Shown in pieces: positions 59,250 through 64,000 of a stretch of DNA of 64,000 nucleotides. Where the stretch lies: IMG/VR virus record IMGVR_UViG_3300025735_000003, positions 1 through 64,000 of that record. The stretch is one strand, 5' to 3'. The translations under genes and the position numbers were made by a program. The first letter of the stretch is position 1. Every line of letters starts with the position of its first letter. Source of the stretch: a virus (lineage: Duplodnaviria > Caudoviricetes). The notes under the pieces are model-generated. The model was given only the letters and a program-made list of their open reading frames with translations, searched no databases and had not been told where the DNA came from.

Positions 59250-60028
59250 TATTGCACCACCGTAGCTTGTCTTAGTGGGTCAGTTTCTTTAGGTGAGGTT
59301 GTACCAGCACCAACATCTTGTGGTGTGCTGTCTTGTTTACCTTTCATACTCTTCTGTGAAGCTTTCTTAAGCAGTATGTTTGAAGGGATCCGAGTCTTCT
59401 TAAGATAGGCAAAAGTCACTTGTTCAAAAGTGATGTCACAATACAAACCATAGCCACTGTTGGCATCTTCTTTGAAGATGATATTTGTGATTACAAGTCT
59501 GTTGATAATCTTCTTGAGCAGTTGAGCATCAAATTCAAACAACCGAACCAGTTGAATATTAGGATCAAATTGTCCAGTGTCTTCGTTGAAGATTTCCCCA
59601 GATATGAGGCTAACCAAAGCATCACGAATCTGTTCAGTGAGGTCAATCCTTGCAGGATCCATTGCAACATCAGGAGTACTATCAGGGAGGAACTGACCAA
59701 TACTGTCTGGAATAAACCTTTTAAGAACACTAGAATCTGTAGAATTTACAGAGACAGCAATAGGAGCTTCTTGGGAGTTGAATGGTGCATTACCGGTGTT
59801 ATCTTGAATTAGGTAAGTACCAGTGGAGATATCAACACCAGAGATTACACAAGATAGGGTAATTTTCAAGTTGTCCCTGATGAAGTGGTCAGTGATGTTG
59901 ACCCCTGAGTCTACCGGGTGTTTCGTTACCTTACCACTATAGTTCTGTGTGTATACTGTCACAGAGTCTAGGTATACAAACCCACCTGTTTCCTCATTAT
60001 CTTCTCCCCAGCGAATTGCCAAAGACAT
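59249..60028 (-). CDS. Tail tube initiator/baseplate organiser
   Basis: LDSV......VTKHPVDSG..ITDH motif. Confidence 0.8.
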   Translation of the reverse strand: MSLAIRWGEDNEETGGFVYLDSVTVYTQNYSGKVTKHPVDSGVNITDHFIRDNLKITLSCVISGVDISTGTYLIQDNTGNAPFNSQEAPIAVSVNSTDSSVLKRFIPDSIGQFLPDSTPDVAMDPARIDLTEQIRDALVSLISGEIFNEDTGQFDPNIQLVRLFEFDAQLLKKIINRLVITNIIFKEDANSGYGLYCDITFEQVTFAYLKKTRIPSNILLKKASQKSMKGKQDSTPQDVGAGTTSPKETDPLRQATVVQ

Positions 60029-60042
60029 ATATTACTCCTTAA

Positions 60043-61941
60043 CTATTCTTTTTCGGGGAAGTTAACAGTTGCTTTTTCTAGTTGAGCCCTGAACCAATTA
60101 CCCAAGTCTTCTGCTTGAGCTTCAACGTCCATATTAGCCAAAGTAACAGGGTCCACATTAATACTGATATCAAACTGCTGTGTAACTATTGGTTGAGATG
60201 CTTCTTTAGCTTGGTCCATAGCCATAGCTTTCTGATTTTCATCATACATCTCTGGTTTTTGGTAGAAGATTGAGTCAGGTTTGTCATAAACTTCTTGACC
60301 ACGAACTCGTGCATTGTTCAAATTGATTTTAGTATTCTGCCAAGCGGCGCTAAGAACCCCAGCAGGACTTGTATAAGACCCTAATCCAAATGGGTCAATC
60401 TTGTCAATCTGGTTGAACGTGGTGGGCGTACCTAAAGGGTCTAAACCCCCGCCAACTTCAGCAGGTTTATTTTGAGCTTCTTTCCACCTTTGAAACTCAG
60501 CAATAGCTCCGAGAATAGTTGCAATTTCTTTGGATGTGGATTGTAAGTTCGGGAGGAAGTCAAACTTAATGGTGGAGATGTCAGTAAAGATTTGTTTGAT
60601 ATCTTTCCAATCTTGTTGTAGTTGTTTTGTTTTATCAACACCCAGCCATTCAGCAACTAAACTATCTTTACCTTCAAGCGCTCGAATGAAAGACTGTGGG
60701 AAAAGAAGAAGATCGTCAGCCCATTTAGTGGCTTCATTAAAGCCTTCAGCAAGACCCTTAACCAGACTACCACTTTCACTTAAGCCTGCGTTTAGTGTAC
60801 GAAAGATGCGGGCAAAACCCTCTTCTACACCGGCGTTAGATGCCACAATAGCCATATCACTTACGGTATTCTGGTAACGTGCTTGTTCAGCTTGTGATGC
60901 CTGTGAGGCTTTAGCAAGTCCGGGCTGGGATTTCTGACTGGCAATGTCAGCAGCTACGTTAAGAATATCACCACGAACTTGACCTTTCTTCATTGCAGCT
61001 TCAAGAGCAATGATTGCCTTACTTCCTGTGAGATTACCACCCGTCTTTTGCTGCCAAGCTTGCGCAAAGATATCTTTAGCTCCCGGAAGGCTGTTACCAA
61101 GTTGTTTGGTAAGTTCTTCAGCTTGGAGCTTATCTTTACCCGCAATCTGACTCAAGGCGTTAAATACAAGTTTTTGTCTTGCTGGGCTTAGTTTGTTAAC
61201 TCGTCCATACTCAGCAAAACCTTTGAAAATATTCTGGGCTTGCTTTACTGTACCACCAGAGCCAAGAAGGTTAGAAGTTAGTACGTTGAAGTCACCAGAG
61301 GACTCAAGATAATTAAAACCCACTCGGTTTGCGGTGCTGCGCAGCCAATCAAAAGATTGTTCACCTTGCTGTGCCGTACCACCATTACCCATGATAACAG
61401 CTTGTGTCTGTAGTTGAGCGGCTACAACTTCTTGGTTTCTTTTGTTTAAGGCATTGAGCCCATACCCACCCAAACCCAGTGCAATGGCCGGTCCCAGTAA
61501 ACTAGGCATTCCACGACCACGAGTAGCACCAGCAGCAACGCCAGTAATAGCCGCTTCTCTATTACGACCTCTTGGAGCAGGAGCCACGACCCCCGGTACA
61601 TGTGGGCCAGTTGGTACTTGAGGAGTAATCCGCATAGGGTGAGCCATGCCAGCTCTAGCCATTGCAAGACCAACAGTTTGATTCAAAGCAGCTTGATTGA
61701 CAACAAATCTGTTAATATCGAAGACAACACGATTGCTAGCTACGTCCAAGGCAGTACCAAGAACTCTTTCAAGCTTGCGTTGATCAACTGTGAAGTTGCC
61801 AATACCAAAGTTCAGAGAGTTACCAAAACCACTAAATTTCTTAAGTCTCTTTTCCAGTGTCTCTAAGGCTTTATCAACCTTTTTAAGACCTTTAGTGTCG
61901 ATATTAAAACCGATTGACGCGAAGTAGGTTGCAATATTAAT
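60043..61941 (-). CDS. Tape measure protein; frame extends to an ATT codon at 61941 (632 aa)
   Basis: Tape-measure domain (K.KLQAEELT.QLG..LPGA); upstream INIATYFASIGF segment with GGAG RBS and no ATG/GTG/TTG before 61749. Confidence 0.85.
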   Translation of the reverse strand: MNIATYFASIGFNIDTKGLKKVDKALETLEKRLKKFSGFGNSLNFGIGNFTVDQRKLERVLGTALDVASNRVVFDINRFVVNQAALNQTVGLAMARAGMAHPMRITPQVPTGPHVPGVVAPAPRGRNREAAITGVAAGATRGRGMPSLLGPAIALGLGGYGLNALNKRNQEVVAAQLQTQAVIMGNGGTAQQGEQSFDWLRSTANRVGFNYLESSGDFNVLTSNLLGSGGTVKQAQNIFKGFAEYGRVNKLSPARQKLVFNALSQIAGKDKLQAEELTKQLGNSLPGAKDIFAQAWQQKTGGNLTGSKAIIALEAAMKKGQVRGDILNVAADIASQKSQPGLAKASQASQAEQARYQNTVSDMAIVASNAGVEEGFARIFRTLNAGLSESGSLVKGLAEGFNEATKWADDLLLFPQSFIRALEGKDSLVAEWLGVDKTKQLQQDWKDIKQIFTDISTIKFDFLPNLQSTSKEIATILGAIAEFQRWKEAQNKPAEVGGGLDPLGTPTTFNQIDKIDPFGLGSYTSPAGVLSAAWQNTKINLNNARVRGQEVYDKPDSIFYQKPEMYDENQKAMAMDQAKEASQPIVTQQFDISINVDPVTLANMDVEAQAEDLGNWFRAQLEKATVNFPEKE

Positions 61942-61955
61942 GGTATGTTACTCCG

Positions 61956-62231
61956 TCATTTCGGTTTATTTTTATCAGCTTTAGCTTTATCTGCTGCTTG
62001 CTTTGCAAATGAGTCGTGGATGTCAAGAAGTTCTATCATTTGCAGCATCTGCCTTGTAGAATACTTCCAATCCATCTCAGCGGCTAGCTCAAGACCACCT
62101 TTCTCATGCATAGCAATTCGATAGATGCTCCAATGCTGAGAGAATGTACGATCAATTTCTTTTTCTAGCTGTGTTGGTACTTTGCCCGATACAGACGGAT
62201 CAATTACTCTTCTGTATCGGGTGCCTGAAAA
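61956..62231 (-). CDS. -1 frame extension of tail assembly chaperone (T-like; fusion about 189 aa)
   Basis: 90-codon open frame with no RBS-led start; slippery CTT-TTT and an 11-bp stem 6 nt downstream. Confidence 0.75.
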   Translation of the reverse strand, partial: FSGTRYRRVIDPSVSGKVPTQLEKEIDRTFSQHWSIYRIAMHEKGGLELAAEMDWKYSTRQMLQMIELLDIHDSFAKQAADKAKADKNKPK

Positions 62232-62524
62232 AGTTCTTCGAAGTTAAAGTTCAGCACCTCTTTATAAAGCTTGTTGAGGCGAGCATATTTACGAGAGAAG
62301 AAAATATCAAAAGTCTTTTCAGTGATTTGCATATTATCTTTAGAGACATAGTTGCAGATGATTTGTTTCATCTGACTCAAATCAGCCTTACCTTCATCAA
62401 TCGCTGCCTGATGCTTTTCAATAAACATCAAACCTTTGGTTGCAGGCATAGCACTTACTAGATAGTCTTCACCATCTACGGTAATAGTTGTTTGTTCTAA
62501 TACTTGAAACTGTGGAGCTGCCAT
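62204..62524 (-). CDS. Tail assembly chaperone (G-like)
   Basis: 106 aa, acidic, between tube genes and TMP. Confidence 0.82.
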   Translation of the reverse strand: MAAPQFQVLEQTTITVDGEDYLVSAMPATKGLMFIEKHQAAIDEGKADLSQMKQIICNYVSKDNMQITEKTFDIFFSRKYARLNKLYKEVLNFNFEELFQAPDTEE

Positions 62525-62540
62525 TTATTTTATCTCAGAA

Positions 62541-63035
62541 TTAAAATAGATCACTTACGAAATCAGTAGCCTCGTCTAAAAGAGTATCAAATATACTAGA
62601 AGGACGAGCATTGCCACCGATGCTATATGTTGCAGTAGATAGGGCATATATCTCCCAATTACGGTACTCAAACTGACCAGAAAAGGATGAGGTAGGAAAC
62701 CCTGAAACGAAAGCTTCATTAGATGAAAATACACTTCTTCCTGAGTTATCCTTAAGCATCAGTGTCAGTCTACCTGTTCCGAACAACAAGTCTTGTTCGT
62801 GAATACTAGATAGTACATCGTTCCCTTGAGAGGACTGTATAAGGGATATATATAAAGTAGCAGATGAGTCTTTATTACGAACTCGGGTATTCTTACCTCT
62901 AATACCACGAATAGGAACAAAACCTTTTGCATTTCTGCTGATTGTTATGTTCTCCCAACCAGTGAACTGATAGCCGCTGATAGTCAGTACCACATCTTTA
63001 GGCGAATAGGTATTTACAGTGAAACTATTCGTCAT
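62541..63035 (-). CDS. Tail-tube-like structural protein (DUF3277-like)
   Basis: TY.P.DV...I.G; SL.Q.S..ND.L; KD.SG. Confidence 0.78.
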   Translation of the reverse strand: MTNSFTVNTYSPKDVVLTISGYQFTGWENITISRNAKGFVPIRGIRGKNTRVRNKDSSATLYISLIQSSQGNDVLSSIHEQDLLFGTGRLTLMLKDNSGRSVFSSNEAFVSGFPTSSFSGQFEYRNWEIYALSTATYSIGGNARPSSIFDTLLDEATDFVSDLF

Positions 63036-63532
63036 CGGAGTATGTCCTCAATCACTGGGATGCCAATAGATGCAATATTCAACAAGTCTTGCAAAATCCC
63101 ACTAGCGTCTTGGTTACTACCAATGTTAATGGCAGCTTGAGAAGAACGAAGTACCCAAGTGCGTGTATCAAAGTTTGCACTTTGTACCATACTGGGGATA
63201 CCTTCTATCCAAGTATTAGTTGAAAAGAAGATGTCGGTTCCAGATAAGTCTTTAATAAATAAAGGAAACTTGGCTCGTTGTGTTAGTTCATCCAACTGCC
63301 AAAGTTTTGTTAACACATCATTAGAGGTTGAACCTCTGTGGAGTGTTAGTGAGATGGTGTAGGTTTGACTATTACTGTACAATCTAGCAACACTACCATC
63401 TGCTGTTTCAGTGGTACGGTACGGCATTCTATCTTTTGTGACAGTAATGAATGTACCATCCGCAAAACCATTTAAAGGGATACCAAAAGCTAGACAATTC
63501 ACATCGTCAGGGCAATAATTACCAATGTCCAT
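63032..63532 (-). CDS. Tail-tube-like structural protein (DUF3277-like)
   Basis: Y.P.DV...G..L.GFADGTFI; TL...S.SND.L; IKDLSG. Confidence 0.8.
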   Translation of the reverse strand: MDIGNYCPDDVNCLAFGIPLNGFADGTFITVTKDRMPYRTTETADGSVARLYSNSQTYTISLTLHRGSTSNDVLTKLWQLDELTQRAKFPLFIKDLSGTDIFFSTNTWIEGIPSMVQSANFDTRTWVLRSSQAAINIGSNQDASGILQDLLNIASIGIPVIEDILR

Positions 63533-63544
63533 AAAATCTCCTTA

Positions 63545-63583
63545 AATAAAGGGGTGTTTGAGTAAACTCAGTTTATCACCCCT
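63545..63583 (-). terminator. Terminator after the major tail tube gene
   Basis: AGGGGTG...CACCCCT then TTATTT on the minus strand. Confidence 0.6.
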
Positions 63584-63591
63584 AATAACAA

Positions 63592-64000
63592 TTAAGGATT
63601 TAGTCTCCACCGACTTTCAACGGTCCCACCCGCTGCTTCTACAGCAGCAACTTCGGCCGGAGCCAATGGCATGTTACCGCCTACAAACAAATCACTACCA
63701 AACAGATAGATCTGCCAGCCGCGAGTAGAGGTTTCAGAACCAAACTCCACAGTTGGAGGTGCAGCAATGATTGCACTGTTAGAAGACACAACAGTTTGAC
63801 CACTCAAATCCTTGATGGTTACGGAAAACACCCAAGTGTTATCTGTGGTATTAGCATCGGCAATTTGAAGTTGTTGCAGAACGGTGTTAGATGGAGAGTA
63901 TTGATGTAGAGTAACATCAACAGTCATACCAGTAACGCTACGCTTGACACGACCAAAGGAGTTAGATTTACCAACTCCTTGATATGGCGTCGAGCTCGGA
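63592..64000 (-). CDS. Major tail tube protein (5' end outside window)
   Basis: Frame open to the window edge; RVKR..TG..VTLHQYSPSN.VL; TIKDLSG. Confidence 0.8.
   Translation of the reverse strand, partial: PSSTPYQGVGKSNSFGRVKRSVTGMTVDVTLHQYSPSNTVLQQLQIADANTTDNTWVFSVTIKDLSGQTVVSSNSAIIAAPPTVEFGSETSTRGWQIYLFGSDLFVGGNMPLAPAEVAAVEAAGGTVESRWRLNP

Larger units (their letters stand above)
1..64000. other. Lytic myovirus genome segment, probably a Pseudomonas phage (PAK_P1/Otagovirus-like architecture)
   Basis: Baseplate J, wedge, spike, tail tube and TMP module; PolA, primase-helicase, ThyX and RNR; dense small early genes; no integrase or repressor seen; Pseudomonas-type phaZ and nrdJa/b. Confidence 0.9.

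Noticed and set aside
1-64000. Genome-wide stop-codon reassignment suggested by the in-frame TGA at 26428
   Set aside because: Many genes end normally in TGA, TAA and TAG, and all long genes are intact under the standard code

Overview
A 64 kb segment of a lytic, contractile-tailed (myovirus) dsDNA phage genome. Gene order resembles PAK_P1/Otagovirus/Felix-O1-like phages. The host is most likely Pseudomonas, based on a Pseudomonas-type mcl-PHA depolymerase and a split NrdJa/NrdJb. Layout: (1) 81-11.9 kb, + strand: phoH, ClpP-like protease, dCMP deaminase, ligase, phaZ, a mini release-factor domain and a RepL-like gene. (2) About 12.0-12.7 kb: a non-coding convergence zone, candidate genome terminus or origin. 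(3) 12.7-29.4 kb, - strand: dozens of small early/host-takeover genes behind many sigma70 promoters, including an RHH + winged-helix + inverted-repeat module. (4) 29.7-51.2 kb, + strand: primase-helicase, PolA, SSB, exonuclease, ThyX, class II RNR and an SGNH hydrolase. (5) 51.3-64 kb, - strand: lysis cassette, tail fibre, baseplate, tape measure, tail chaperones and tail tube. Eight free-standing homing-endonuclease-like genes are scattered throughout. I found no tRNA, integrase or CRISPR. Most notable: a phage PHA depolymerase; a ClpP-like protease ending in a DinJ/RelB-like antitoxin module; a 70-aa stand-alone GGQ release-factor domain; a plasmid-like CopG/Rep/ori cassette; terminators carrying a -35 box in the loop; a -1 frameshift with a stimulatory hairpin; and an ATT-started tape measure gene. 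Several single-base lesions suggest gene decay or homopolymer sequencing errors. All homology calls are from motif recognition by eye; no searches were run.
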